Counted from the stretch's first letter, positions 1 through 12,615 are shown. The stretch is DNA of 64,000 nucleotides from Trueperaceae bacterium (GCA_965214405.1 OZ243956.1:1248001-1312000); one strand, 5' to 3'. A program made the numbers and translations. Notes: generated from the sequence alone by a model not told the origin.

Positions 1-1198
1 CAACCTCTCCGTTTTCGCTCACGACTTGCATCACCGAACAGACGCAGAAACGCGGGAGAAAACTTCTGACGCCAGCTCAGTCATGCGTCAAATGGTCGAG
101 TCGTTGACCTCTAGCCCAGTTGAACTAAAGAGGAAGCTTGAGAGCGAACTCGCCCGCCCTTCCGGGGTGACGTTCCGCTTTCCCAAGCAAGAGCGAGTTG
201 CCGCTATAAAAGAGATACTCACGCATCTAAAGGGGAATGTGGCGGCGCGAGATGAAAAACTTTCGAAACTCCTCGAGGTGTTAGGAGAAGCGAGGAAGAC
301 CCAAGAAAAGACGCTAGTATTTGTTGCGCGAAAAGAAACGGGGCAGTACCTGAAAGAACAGTTCCTCAAGGTAGGACTTCGTGCGGCGTTCTTGTCCGGC
401 AGCGATCCCAATGCAGAGTCGATAATTGCCGGATTTGCGCCTCACGCAAATAAGGAGAGTCCGCAAGTCGGCGAAGCAATCGACATGCTCATAGCGACCG
501 ATACTGTCGCTGCTGGCGTCAACCTGCAAGATGCCACCCTTGTCGTACACTATGACGCGCCCTGGACAGCAGATATCTTCAACCAGCGCAACGGCAGAAT
601 CACACGTTTCCGAAAACAACCAACGGTTATCCGCTCGCTTCTTTTTACTGCAAAGGAGAACTTAAAGAAATTAGAGACACTCGAAAGCCGACTCGAGAGC
701 GCCGCTGTATTTGGCAATATCGACCAGATCGAAACCGCTATACGTCACGGTAAGATTGAGGGAGAAGTTTTAAGAGCCGAAGCGGAGCGCCGCTCATCGG
801 ATGTTCTCTCTGACTTTGCCACGCTCGAGCAGCATCAAGAGCGTGCTCGAGGTCTCCGAAATGGTCGAATAACCGCTCGTTACGCAGACACAGACTACCT
901 TACCACCATCAGTATAGTGCGCGTCGAAGGAGTATCAGACGCTACGTGCATCCAAACAGTTCACGGCAGCGAGGGCGAGAAAACACACACTCTGGGTGAC
1001 GCCGAGGCGCTTAAAGCGTTTCGTTGTCAAGAAGATGAGGGAATAGCAGTTGTTCCATTTCCGTTAGTCGACGGACTTGTAAAGCGAGCAATGATCAACT
1101 TTGTTGAGAGCCACTCGCTTCCAGAAGATTCGGTTACACATATTGCGTCCGTTACACTCGTACCGAATGAATATTCCAAACACCTTACACTCAACTAA
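1..1198 (+). CDS. Superfamily II (SNF2-like) helicase, C-terminal part; 5' end outside the window
   Basis: Frame is open from the window edge. HELICc motifs LVFV, IATDTVAAGVNLQDA, HYDAPW and QRNGRITR (motif VI). GC is lower than in core genes. Confidence 0.8.
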   Translation, partial: NLSVFAHDLHHRTDAETREKTSDASSVMRQMVESLTSSPVELKRKLESELARPSGVTFRFPKQERVAAIKEILTHLKGNVAARDEKLSKLLEVLGEARKTQEKTLVFVARKETGQYLKEQFLKVGLRAAFLSGSDPNAESIIAGFAPHANKESPQVGEAIDMLIATDTVAAGVNLQDATLVVHYDAPWTADIFNQRNGRITRFRKQPTVIRSLLFTAKENLKKLETLESRLESAAVFGNIDQIETAIRHGKIEGEVLRAEAERRSSDVLSDFATLEQHQERARGLRNGRITARYADTDYLTTISIVRVEGVSDATCIQTVHGSEGEKTHTLGDAEALKAFRCQEDEGIAVVPFPLVDGLVKRAMINFVESHSLPEDSVTHIASVTLVPNEYSKHLTLN

Positions 1199-1356
1199 AT
1201 GCACATGAGGCCTTCTGCGTTAAGCTAGCAGGTCAAGCATTATTCGCTTAGCGTTTCATCAAAGTCGGATACGCTCGCCGGAGCCCTGGAACTGCCTTTG
1301 ACAACTTCTTCGACAGAGGGATTGACGCTTTTCAGCTTCTCCAACACACGCCCCGC

Positions 1357-1662
1357 TCACCTCTCTGGACCTCTAGACGTATGGGTCAAACGAAAAATCT
1401 CGGTAGTTGATGAATCGGCAGCCTTTGCCACCTCGAGTGCCTGGAGTTGCCAGTAGCCTCGGGGCGTGACCGCTTTGGAAAACACGTCCGTCGCGGTAGA
1501 GACACTGCTGCGCCTTTCAAGCGCAATAAGCAACGTTGACGCGGAGCCGCCCAGCACAGATTCAAGTTCGGTGATGTAAGCAGTCAAGGGGTGAGGGTCG
1601 GCAAGTGCATCAATAACCGCGCCAATAGACCGCTCTTCTGTGATTTTTATAGTTGAGTACAT
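1357..1662 (-). CDS. Hypothetical protein, possibly 5'-truncated by the adjacent IS
   Basis: 101-aa ORF next to the IS3 end; no recognisable motif. Confidence 0.35.
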   Translation of the reverse strand: MYSTIKITEERSIGAVIDALADPHPLTAYITELESVLGGSASTLLIALERRSSVSTATDVFSKAVTPRGYWQLQALEVAKAADSSTTEIFRLTHTSRGPER

Positions 1663-1693
1663 CAGAAGAATGTCCTTCTCTGCGTACGCTTGA

Positions 1694-2230
1694 TGAGGTG
1701 GCCCCGGTTGTCAAGACGCGATTCGGGGCTGGTTTAAGCTACACTTCCTCCCTTCGGTGAGTGTCTGGTGGGTAGTGGTGGTCGTGGCGGTCTGCTGGGC
1801 TGATCCAAAGTACAGCTCCGCCGGTGTCTGATAACCGAGTGCCTGTAGCGGGTGCGACCACGCCTGACGATGCAAGCGCTCGTGGTTGTAGAAGTCGAGA
1901 TATCGAGTGATGCCCGTTTTTGCCTCTCTAGGGGACTGGTAACCTTTCAGATACACCTCCTCATAGTTGAGACTGCGCCACAGCCTCTCGGTAAAGACGT
2001 TGTCACTCGCCCTTCCTTTGCCGTCCCTTCGGGGTGCTACGCGAACCATGCCGACCCTAGGTCGGCACTGCGGAGCAGCTCGAGATAAGCAGGACTGGTG
2101 AACTGGCTTCCTTGGCCGCTGTTTAAGATGTCTGGTTTGGCCTCGCTAAACGCTCTCGCTACGGTGCTCAACACGAGACCGAGTTCGAGGCTGTTATCAA
2201 ACTCCCGAGCGACGACGTATCTGGAACATC
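1694..2230 (-). mobile_element. IS3-family transposase remnant (integrase core, frameshifted) with right end
   Basis: Pieces SRYVVA..KPDILNSGQGSQFTS and DGKGRASDNVFTERLWRSLNYEEVYL..YNHER..ALGYQTP lie in different frames. The terminus GTCTTGACAACCGGGGCCACCTCA ends in CA at 1694. Confidence 0.85.
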
Positions 2231-2239
2231 AGGGTCAGG

Positions 2240-2578
2240 TTAAACCAGGTGCGTTTGGTCAGATTCATCTAAAGCCTCCACAAGGGTACTAAGAGCTCCT
2301 AGAACGGCGCCGCGTTTCGTTTCGGGCAGCGAGCGGGTGAGCGCCTCAAACTTTGCCTTGCGGGCCTCAGCGACGTTCGACGCTTTTTTCTCACCCTCGC
2401 GGGTAAGCTTTAGTAGATAGGCGCGGCCACCGCTCGAGTGCGCCTCGCGCGTGAGCCAGCCACGTTTACTCAGCCCCGTGACGAGGCGGCTGACCGTACT
2501 TTTCTCGAGCCTCAAAAAAGTCACCGGGTCGCTTTGCGTAAGCCCGCCGGTGCGGGCGAGTTCTGTAAGGGTGTGGGT
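2240..2578 (-). pseudogene. MarR-family regulator, N-terminally truncated
   Basis: THTLTELARTGGLTQSD..LRLEKSTVSRLVTGLSKRGWLTRE..GRAYLLKLTREG is a winged HTH. There is an in-frame stop just upstream and no start before the first helix. Confidence 0.75.
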
Positions 2579-2602
2579 CCCTTAAATTGGTGGAGATGCA
2601 CT

Positions 2603-2620
2603 CCACCCCAGGTGGGGTGG
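2603..2620. promoter_or_regulatory. CsoR-type operator upstream of copZ-csoR
   Basis: Inverted repeat CCACCCC-AGGT-GGGGTGG, the C-tract/G-tract form of CsoR operators; a second copy precedes copA. Confidence 0.75.
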
Positions 2621-2658
2621 TACAGTCGGCAGAATAAAGATGCAAAAGGAATAAAACC

Positions 2659-2860
2659 ATGACGCAGCTCAAAGTAGAAGGTACGACCTGTGGTCTGCCA
2701 AAGCAGCGTAAAGCGCGCGCTCGAGTCGGTCGAGGGCGTGCAAGGGGCCGAGGTAAACTTAGAAGACGGTACGGCTCGAGTTGAAGGAGACGCCGACCCT
2801 GCCAAGCTCGTGGCCGCCGTACAAGAAGAGGGCTACCAAGCTTCAACGGTCGGCGCTTAA
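2659..2860 (+). pseudogene. copZ: CopZ copper chaperone, frameshifted
   Basis: MTQLKVEGTTCG, then a frameshift (ggt c tgc), then CQSSVKRALESVEGVQGAEVNLEDG..LVAAVQEEGYQA. HMA fold with the CxxC motif broken. Confidence 0.85.
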
Positions 2861-2863
2861 ATT

Positions 2864-3188
2864 GTGACCGAAGCGAACCTTGAACAAGCCAACGCGCGCG
2901 TGCTAGCGCATCAAGACTGTTTACGTCTCGACGACAAAACGCGCCAGGATACTCCGCCTCAAAAGCGCCAAGGGACACCTAGAGGGCGTGTTGAGAATGT
3001 TGGAGGACGAGAGCGTCTACTGCGTGGACGTGCTTAAACAGGTGAAAGCGGTTTAGGGGGCGCTCTCTAAAATCAACGAGATGGTGTTACGCTCGCACAT
3101 CCGCGACCACGTCGCCACCGCCGCGAGGCGTGGCGACGCCGAGCACGTGGTGGACGAGCTTATGGAGGCGCTCAAGTACCGCGCTTAA
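2864..3188 (+). pseudogene. csoR: CsoR copper-sensing repressor with frameshift and nonsense codon
   Basis: RLKSAKGHLEGVLRMLEDESVYCVDVLKQVKAV*GALSKINEMVLRSHIRDHV..ELMEALKYR. Frameshift near 2953, TAG at 3054-3056. Confidence 0.85.
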
Positions 3189-3544
3189 ACGACGCGACAC
3201 AGGTAAATAACGTGGCCCTGGCGCTGGAGAACGCAGTCTAATCCTCCAGCGTCTTCTCTGCTCGCGTGACGCAGATGTCGGGGTGAACTGAGGTGGGGGG
3301 CGAGGGAGTAGGGTGACAGGGAGAAAGCCGAAAGCTTATGCTACCTTTCTACCCCCAACGTACAACATCTCACACCAAATAAAGCCTGGACGACCCCTGG
3401 GCACATTCTGAAGCCCGTGGGCTGCACGGGGTTACCGACTTTATTGTGTCTTAACAAAGATCAATTAACATCACCCTTTGTGAAGCGCCGCAAACCGCTC
3501 GAGCGGGTGAGTTTGAAGGGCGCAGCCTCGGCGTTTATTTGGAG

Positions 3545-5109
3545 ATGGGACGGAATTTGATGCACCTTTCACGCAGGCAGTTTCTTAAACTTACAGGTCT
3601 CGGCGTGGGTGCCGGGCTCCTCGGCGGGCAGCTCTTGCCCGGTGTTGGCTTGGCTTCGGGCGCAGCAACCGCGTTCCCTACGCCGACGGATATAGGCGAG
3701 CGCAGCGGCAACGAGGTTTTCTTTCGGCTCGAGGCCAAGGCGCACACCGTCCAGATAGGAGGCCGCCAGGTACAGCTCACCGCCTACAACGGCTCCCTGG
3801 ACCCACCCTGCGAATGCGCGAGGGAGACCAGGTGCGCGTCGCCTTTACCAACAGCTTGTCCGAAGAGACCAACCTGCACTTTCACGGCTTGCGCGTGCCG
3901 ATGACGCAGGCGAACAGCGAGACGCCCTTCCGGCGGGCCGCGCCCGGCGAAACGATCCTTTACGAGTTTCCCATCCCCGCGGGTTCCGCCGGTACGCACT
4001 GGTATCACCCGCACGCTCACGGCACGGTCGCGCCTCACCTGTTTCGCGGTTTGGCCGGGGCCATCATCGTCGAGGGGCCGATGGACGCGGTGTTTGGGGG
4101 GCTGCCCGAGCAACTCGTCTTGCTCGTAGACTTTACCTTCGGGGCCGACGGCACCATTCCCGAGCACAGCCCGGCGGACTGGATGATGGGACGTGAGGGG
4201 AACCTGCTCACGGTCAACGGTGCCAACTTGCCGCGCCTCGAGGTTGCCGACGGGGTGGCGCGCTTGCGCCTCATCAACGCGAGCAACGCCCGCTACTACC
4301 GTCTCGTTCTGCCGGACGCCAATGTAACGGTTATCGGCACCGACGGCGCGTACGTCGCCAGACCCTACCGCGCGACCGAACTGCTCTTGGCTCCGGGTGA
4401 ACGTTATGACGTGGTCGCGCAGTTTGCTAAGGCGGGCCTTTTCAACCTGACTGCTTTGCCCTACAACCGCGCACCGGAAGACATGGAAGATATGGTCATG
4501 GAGCGGCCCGAAACGGATGATATGGCAGCGGAAAAAGACCCCGGCGGGATGGACATGGGCGGCGTGAACATGGGGGGCATGGACATGGGTGAGATGGACA
4601 TGAGCGGCTCGGAAGGCACGAGCGCGTCCACGGGTGTCGCCGAGCCTACGCCGCTCATGGGCCTCTCCGTCGCCGCTCCGGGTGCCTTCCGCGTGCCCGG
4701 CGACCTCTCGCCTATCAAGCCGCTTGGCCTGCAAGATGCCAGCACGTATCGCCGCATCGTCCTAACGGAAGACATGGCGGAGCTGGAGTTCTATATCGAC
4801 GGTCGGATGTTCGACGTAGATCGTGTTGACTTCGCGCCCCAACTGGGCACGGTTGAACACTGGGAAATCGTCAACGAGACGGGCGTGGATCACCCCATGC
4901 ACCTGCACGTCTTCCCCTTTCAAGTCTACGCGCGTCGTGGCGTGCGAGAAGAGCGCCTCGCGTTCAAAGACGTTGTCAACGTCCCGGCGGGCGAGAGCGT
5001 CGATATCCTCGTGCCGTTTGGGGACTTTGGGGGCCGCACGGTGCTTCATTGCCACATCGTCGAACATGAAGACCTCGGGATGATGAGCATTGTAGAAGTC
5101 AAGGCTTAG
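3545..5109 (+). pseudogene. Tat-exported multicopper oxidase (CueO/McoA-like), frameshifted near 3800
   Basis: Tat signal SRRQFLK; YNGSL, frameshift, GPTLRMREGD; Cu motifs HFHG, WYHPH, HPMHLH, HCHIVEHED; Met-rich insert. Confidence 0.85.
4543..4602 (+). repeat. Imperfect 15-bp tandem repeat encoding a Met-rich segment (GGMDM-like)
   Basis: ggcgggatggacatg ggcggcgtgaacatg gggggcatggacatg ggtgagatggacatg. Confidence 0.8.
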
Positions 5110-5211
5110 CCCTTGGGTAAGGCGCTCAGTAACGCCACAAAGCCGAGCGCCCTTGTAGCGCTGATGTCAAGGCGCTCGAGCCGACTCTTGCACCGTTCGT
5201 TGTATGGACGG

Positions 5212-5269
5212 TTGAACTTTGCAACAGCTCGGGCTATACTGGGTTTCTAGCCCACCCCCCCTGGGGTGG
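5212..5269 (+). promoter_or_regulatory. copA sigma70 promoter and CsoR operator
   Basis: TTGAAC (5212-5217), 17 bp, TATACT (5235-5240); operator CCACCCC-CCCT-GGGGTGG at 5252-5269. Confidence 0.8.
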
Positions 5270-5297
5270 AATAAGAAAAGTTGGAGGAAGTAGAGCA

Positions 5298-7817
<2,520 letters not shown>

Positions 7818-7825
7818 CGGGTGAT

Positions 7826-7857
7826 GCGGGGAGAACCAAAGTTCTCCCCGCTTTTTT
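7826..7857 (+). terminator. Intrinsic terminator after copA
   Basis: GCGGGGAGAAC-CAAA-GTTCTCCCCGC-TTTTTT. Confidence 0.85.
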
Positions 7858-7936
7858 CTGTCGAGTTTTCGTCCTGAACTTTTCTCTGAATCTGTCTCTG
7901 AGCCTATTTTTAGACGCTATCTTTGGAAGGTGAACC

Positions 7937-8218
7937 GTGTTAAATCCATTCAAGCGCGCCACAGACACGCCCAGGGTCACGCTCTACACCACCCCCGGCT
8001 GCGCCGACTGCGCGGCAGTCAAACGCTATCTAGAACACAAGGAAATCACGTTTGAAGAGAAAGACGTAAGCAGGAACCCGGCCTGGCTAGACGAGATGAA
8101 GGAGGTGTCGGGCGTGCGGATTGCACCCGTCACGGTTATAGGTGAAGAAAGTTTCTACGGCACCTTCGACAAGCAAAAGCCGGGGTTGGAGCGGGCCTTG
8201 GCGGGCCTGGGGGGGTAG
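7937..8218 (+). CDS. Glutaredoxin/NrdH-like redoxin
   Basis: VTLYTTPGCADC..YL..K.I.FEEKDV..P.TVIG. Confidence 0.85.
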   Translation: MLNPFKRATDTPRVTLYTTPGCADCAAVKRYLEHKEITFEEKDVSRNPAWLDEMKEVSGVRIAPVTVIGEESFYGTFDKQKPGLERALAGLGG

Positions 8219-8757
8219 AGCATATTGTGCAAGAAAAATAATGTTGTCGACTGAAAAGTAGAAAGCTGCCCATTCTCACCGCAGCAACTTTGCCCTTATG
8301 AAAAATAAAGTTATAGACTATGCTCTCATTTTTTTCACATGTACATTACGTCTTAAAATATAGTTGTCGACTGTGCTTTCATCAAAGTTTGATGTTAGCC
8401 GAGTTTCAAACTCATCACGTCTGAAATTGTTGGCTGAGCCTGTGAAGACGCAGAGCAACCGCAGAATCCGAAGTGGCTCGAGGAACCGAAATATTCTCAA
8501 AATAAGAACACGATATGAACGGCAGTTGCTATCTTTAGGCCGCTCGTTACCGATGACTAGGTTTTCTTACGAGTTTTACTTGGTCTTATCATTTTGTCAT
8601 GGTTGAAACTTCGCACATTGATTGAAAAGCTATATGAGGCCGTTGGGAACACTCTCAAGCCAGATAAAGGTTGGCAACGGGAAGCATGTCTGAGTGACTC
8701 AAAGGGGCGCACGCTAATCTTCTAGGATTTACGCTTGGCTATCACGACCACACCCGC

Positions 8758-9009
8758 TCAAGAAGCTTCTGTTCGTTCCCACACCACGCTCAAGGCCTCG
8801 AGCAAAGCCTGAGCGAGCACGTGGCTCTCGCGCCACCCGCCGCTCGGCACGAGGACGTGGACGAGGCTTTGCACGGCTGTATCCAGGTCCGCGTGCTCCT
8901 CGAGAACAGCGGCGACGTAGGAGAGATTAGCCTCGTTACTGCGTTTAGGATCAGGCTCGCCTATCCAAAGGAGGCGCTCCAAAGCGTCGGCGAGTTCAGC
9001 GTCGCCCAT
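8758..9009 (-). CDS. Hypothetical protein (mobile-element type)
   Basis: 83-aa ORF downstream of 9053-9487 on the same strand. Confidence 0.45.
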   Translation of the reverse strand: MGDAELADALERLLWIGEPDPKRSNEANLSYVAAVLEEHADLDTAVQSLVHVLVPSGGWRESHVLAQALLEALSVVWERTEAS

Positions 9010-9052
9010 GACGCTGGACCTATATAGTGCGCGTTCCAGAAGAGAAAGTATT

Positions 9053-9487
9053 TCATAACCGACTCTGTGAGGTGCTCGGCGGGCCTGCTGGAGGCGGTAC
9101 GCTCTTGAAGACGAGTGCTTGCCGGTCCTGCAACGCGTAAAGCCCCCATAACAGCGCCTTAGCTAAGCAGGCTTCCCCCTCGGCCCAGCGAGCACTCTTG
9201 AGCAGCGCCTCGCTTATGTCCTTTAGCGCCCACAGGTATAGGTCGCGCTCCTCGGCGAGGTCCTTGAGCCTCTTGATCGTCTCCTGTGGGGTCGGCTCCG
9301 CCTCGCTCTCGCCCCATATTAAGCGGGTGGCGATAACGGCGAACTCGCGGTCGTTTATGTCGTTGCCCTCACGCTCAGCCTTCGGCAAGCGCGTCGGGCA
9401 AGACTTGAATACCTTCCTGCTATAGTAGCCATCTTTTCTCTCCATAGAGGTAGATTCAGCGCGGGTGGTCGATCTGTTACAACTCAT
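9053..9487 (-). CDS. Hypothetical protein (mobile-element type)
   Basis: 144-aa ORF divergent from the HTH gene. Confidence 0.5.
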   Translation of the reverse strand: MSCNRSTTRAESTSMERKDGYYSRKVFKSCPTRLPKAEREGNDINDREFAVIATRLIWGESEAEPTPQETIKRLKDLAEERDLYLWALKDISEALLKSARWAEGEACLAKALLWGLYALQDRQALVFKSVPPPAGPPSTSQSRL

Positions 9488-9579
9488 CCCACCCGTACTG
9501 CTACACGAGTATACAACCAGGTTAGTTAATAAACAAGGTGGTTGTGTAACTCAACCTTATGTGATTGTTAGGTTGGGGT

Positions 9580-9849
9580 ATGGCTCCTCCCTTCGAGGTC
9601 AACTGGAAGCTCAAGGCGTTACTTGACCGCGAGGGCGTGACGGTCTACGCGTTGGCTAAGAAGCTAGCCGAGACGATGGAGGAACCCTTGCACGCCAACA
9701 CGCTCTACCGTTGGGCCAACCAGGTGCCGAGCAACCCCGGTCTGGAGGGGATCGGCTGGGTGCTGTGGGGTCTCGGTGAGATTACGGGCAAGACCTACAG
9801 CGTCAGCGATGTGCTCGAGTATAAAGAGGTCACAGCAAACGACGGCTAG
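9580..9849 (+). CDS. Small XRE/Cro-like HTH regulator
   Basis: WKLKALLDREGVTVYALAK..NTLYRW..VSDVLEY pattern. Confidence 0.7.
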   Translation: MAPPFEVNWKLKALLDREGVTVYALAKKLAETMEEPLHANTLYRWANQVPSNPGLEGIGWVLWGLGEITGKTYSVSDVLEYKEVTANDG

Positions 9850-10058
9850 ATATTTCGGATGAGCGTGTAGAAGAGACTTGATGCAGCAAACGTATGGTTC
9901 AGGCCGCCGGAAGACGCTTACATCGTTTGTTTGAGGGATTGGCGCGCCATGACGCGACTATAGCAAGCGCTTTGGCCCCTAAGCCGATGTGACCGCTCGA
10001 GCCTCGGGAGCAGTAGCGTAAGTAGTAGAAAACATGTAGAAATCGTGTAAGGTCAGCC

Positions 10059-10922
10059 ATGCCTTTCCTTTACCTGCTCGCGCTCCTCGCGCTCCTCGCC
10101 GCCCTAGTCCGGCAGCGAAGGCCGTCTACCGAACGTAAGGGGCGTGACGGGGAGCGTGACTGGCAGCCCGACTTCGCCAGACAGGCCTACGGGGTTCTCG
10201 AGGGCGACACCCTGACCCTCCACTTCGTACGCAACAGCCGCTACCCCGCCCCCGGCGAGCCCTACGAGGTGGCGTGGGAAACGCGCCGGTACGACCTTGG
10301 CGACGTGACCCGCCTCTGGTTCCTGGTCGCGTCGTTCAGCCGCCTGGAGGTCGTGGCCCACACCTTTTTAAGTTTCGAGTTCGCGGGCGGCGAATTCTTA
10401 GCGGTGTCGGTGGAGGCGCGGGTCGAGGAGGGCCGGGAGTACAACCTCGTGGAGGGGCTGCTCCGGCACTATGAGCTGAGTTACGTGTTCGGCGACGAGC
10501 GCGACCTCATCTTGCGCCGCACCCTGTATCAAGAGACCGAAGTTTACCTCTACCCGCTCGTCACGCCGCCGCTCGAGGTCCGCGGCCTGCTTGTCCGCAT
10601 GGTCGAGACGGCGAACAAGCTGCACAAACATGCCCGTTTCTACAACAGCGTCACCGAGAACTGCACCAGCGTCTTGCGCGAGCACGCCAACGCGGTGCGC
10701 CCCGGCTCCTTTCCTCTGTTCGTGCCCGCGCAGGTGATGCCGGGGTTGTCGGACCGGGTTCTCTATCACAAGGGGTGGATCGACACCAAGTTGCCGTTTG
10801 GGGCGATACGCGAGCACTACGCGGTGCAGGAGAAGACGCGGCGCTGCGCCCCAGACGAAAGGTTTTCAGCCTGCATCCGAGAAGGAATGCGAGGAGAGAC
10901 GCGGGGAGAAACGCAAAGGTGA
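10059..10922 (+). CDS. DUF4105 (Lnb-like) membrane-anchored protein
   Basis: N-terminal TM; AHTFLSFEF, SVEAR, YEL.YVFGDERDLI and FYNSVTENCT motifs. Confidence 0.75.
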   Translation: MPFLYLLALLALLAALVRQRRPSTERKGRDGERDWQPDFARQAYGVLEGDTLTLHFVRNSRYPAPGEPYEVAWETRRYDLGDVTRLWFLVASFSRLEVVAHTFLSFEFAGGEFLAVSVEARVEEGREYNLVEGLLRHYELSYVFGDERDLILRRTLYQETEVYLYPLVTPPLEVRGLLVRMVETANKLHKHARFYNSVTENCTSVLREHANAVRPGSFPLFVPAQVMPGLSDRVLYHKGWIDTKLPFGAIREHYAVQEKTRRCAPDERFSACIREGMRGETRGETQR

Positions 10923-11635
10923 GCGGCTTGGGCGACATCTGGCGGGTCATCTGGCAGAGCCTGACGCTCGACTGGGGCCTCTGGCGCGACCTCGTCGCCG
11001 ACCCCGACGCGGTGCGTTTTCGTTTCGCTATTCTCATCGTTGTGTTGGCGGGCTTTTCCGAAGCCGTGGCGCAGAGCGTGGTGCTCTTTCTCAATCAGGT
11101 CAGGCTGCACCGCTTCATCGCCAGCTTGCTTATCAACGCCGTCCTGTTCACCTTCGGCTACGCCTTTTACGTGCTGAGCATCAACCTGGTCGCCCGCGCG
11201 CTTTACGGCGCGCCACGCCCCTCGGAGCTTGTCTTCGACAGCATCGCCCTGGCTTATGCGCCCTTTGTTTTAAGCTTTCTGAGCCTCATCCCCTACTTCG
11301 GGCGGGGCGTCGGGATTGTTCTGTCGGTTTATCACGTGCTGGCGCTCCTTATCGCGGTGCGGGTGACGTTTGGGCTCGAGCCGCCCGCGCCCGTCGTCTG
11401 CGTGGCGGTGGGCTGGGTGCTCCTCACCTTGTTGAGCGGCACGGTGGGCCGCCCCATCACCCTATTCGCGCGTTTCCTGCGCCACCGCTTCGCGGGCAAA
11501 AGCCTGCTCGACAGGGAGGAGCTGCGCCGCCGCTACCGCGCAAGGCTCGCCCAGGGTGACCAGGTGGGCGGGCAGGTGGGTGAGCAGGTCGGCGGACAAG
11601 TTGGCGGGCGAGTTGACGGGCCGGGCGAGCCGTGA
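10919..11635 (+). CDS. Multi-TM membrane protein (Yip1-like)
   Basis: GTG overlaps the upstream TGA; about 5 hydrophobic helices; LAYAP motif. Confidence 0.7.
   Translation: MSGLGDIWRVIWQSLTLDWGLWRDLVADPDAVRFRFAILIVVLAGFSEAVAQSVVLFLNQVRLHRFIASLLINAVLFTFGYAFYVLSINLVARALYGAPRPSELVFDSIALAYAPFVLSFLSLIPYFGRGVGIVLSVYHVLALLIAVRVTFGLEPPAPVVCVAVGWVLLTLLSGTVGRPITLFARFLRHRFAGKSLLDREELRRRYRARLAQGDQVGGQVGEQVGGQVGGRVDGPGEP
11561..11620 (+). repeat. Imperfect 12-bp tandem repeat x5 (QVGG)
   Basis: caggtgggcggg caggtgggtgag caggtcggcgga caagttggcggg cgagttgacggg. Confidence 0.8.
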
Positions 11636-12615
11636 TTGCTACCCTAATATTGAGCAGCTTAGCTGCCCTCTTTCTGATGGGACTCCTTGCGCCCTTCGAG
11701 ACCTTCGGCTGGTGGGCGGGGTGGTACGGGGAAAAGCCGGGCGAGCGCCACCTGCCCGACCCCGACGACGTGCCCCAGGTCAGGGCCACGCAGTTCGTCG
11801 TGTACCTGACGGGCATCAACGGCCTCGACCCGGAGGAGTATACCGCGGAGGAAGAGGTCTTTTTCGCGGAGCTCAAAAAGCGGCTGCCCGATATTGAACT
11901 GGTAGACGACGCCTATCCGTATGCGGCGAGCAACCGGGCGCTCACGGGCGAGCGCTTTTTTGGCCTCTTCTGGCGCTGGCTCGGCGACATGCGCGGTCGC
12001 GGCGCGCTGGGCCTCATCTCGTACCTCGTCCACGTGCGCAACATCTGGCAGGTGCTGGTCTCTTCCGACAGCCGCTTCGGGCCTCTATACAACTACGCCA
12101 CCGCGCAGCACGTGCTCATCAAGCTCTTAGAGCACGGCTACCCGCTCGGCTCCGGCACGCCGGTGACCTTTATCGGCTACAGCGGCGGCGGGCAGATTTC
12201 GGTGGGGGCGGCGCCGCTCTTGGAGGAGGCCGTGGACGCGCCCGTCCGGGTGATTTCGCTGGCGGGCGTGATGAGCTCGAACCGCAACATCCTGGCGCTG
12301 GACGGCCTCACCCACCTCTACGGCTCCAGAGACGTGGTGCAGCGCTTGGGCTACCTCTTCTTCCCGGCGCGCTGGCCCTTTCTGCGCTGGACGGCCTGGA
12401 ACAAGGCCCGCCGAGTAGGCATCATCACGCGCGTCTACACGGGGCCGATGACGCACGTCGGTCCGAAGAGCTATATGGACACCGAGGCGAGGCTGGAAAA
12501 TGGGCAGAGCTATCTGGAAAGGACGCTCGAGCTCATCACCGCGCTTCTCGAGGAGGCGGAAGCGGGCAGCGAGACGAGGGTCGAGACCGCCAAGAACGTT
12601 CGGGCGGCGAGGTGA
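11632..12615 (+). CDS. Membrane-anchored alpha/beta-hydrolase-like protein
   Basis: N-terminal TM, nucleophile elbow IGYSGGG, candidate Asp (GSRDVV) and His (MTHVG); GTGA overlap with the upstream gene. Confidence 0.7.
   Translation: MIATLILSSLAALFLMGLLAPFETFGWWAGWYGEKPGERHLPDPDDVPQVRATQFVVYLTGINGLDPEEYTAEEEVFFAELKKRLPDIELVDDAYPYAASNRALTGERFFGLFWRWLGDMRGRGALGLISYLVHVRNIWQVLVSSDSRFGPLYNYATAQHVLIKLLEHGYPLGSGTPVTFIGYSGGGQISVGAAPLLEEAVDAPVRVISLAGVMSSNRNILALDGLTHLYGSRDVVQRLGYLFFPARWPFLRWTAWNKARRVGIITRVYTGPMTHVGPKSYMDTEARLENGQSYLERTLELITALLEEAEAGSETRVETAKNVRAAR

Noticed and set aside
2466..2978. 170-aa minus-strand ORF
   Set aside because: The region is explained by copZ and csoR pseudogenes on the plus strand.
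3784..4734. 316-aa antisense ORF and many similar shadow ORFs (e.g. 14295-15176, 20224-21006, 44824-45675)
   Set aside because: They lie opposite well-supported genes, carry no motifs, and are expected in high-GC DNA.
8220..8750. AT-rich stretch with short ORFs
   Set aside because: No recognisable motif, RBS or repeat structure; probably island debris.
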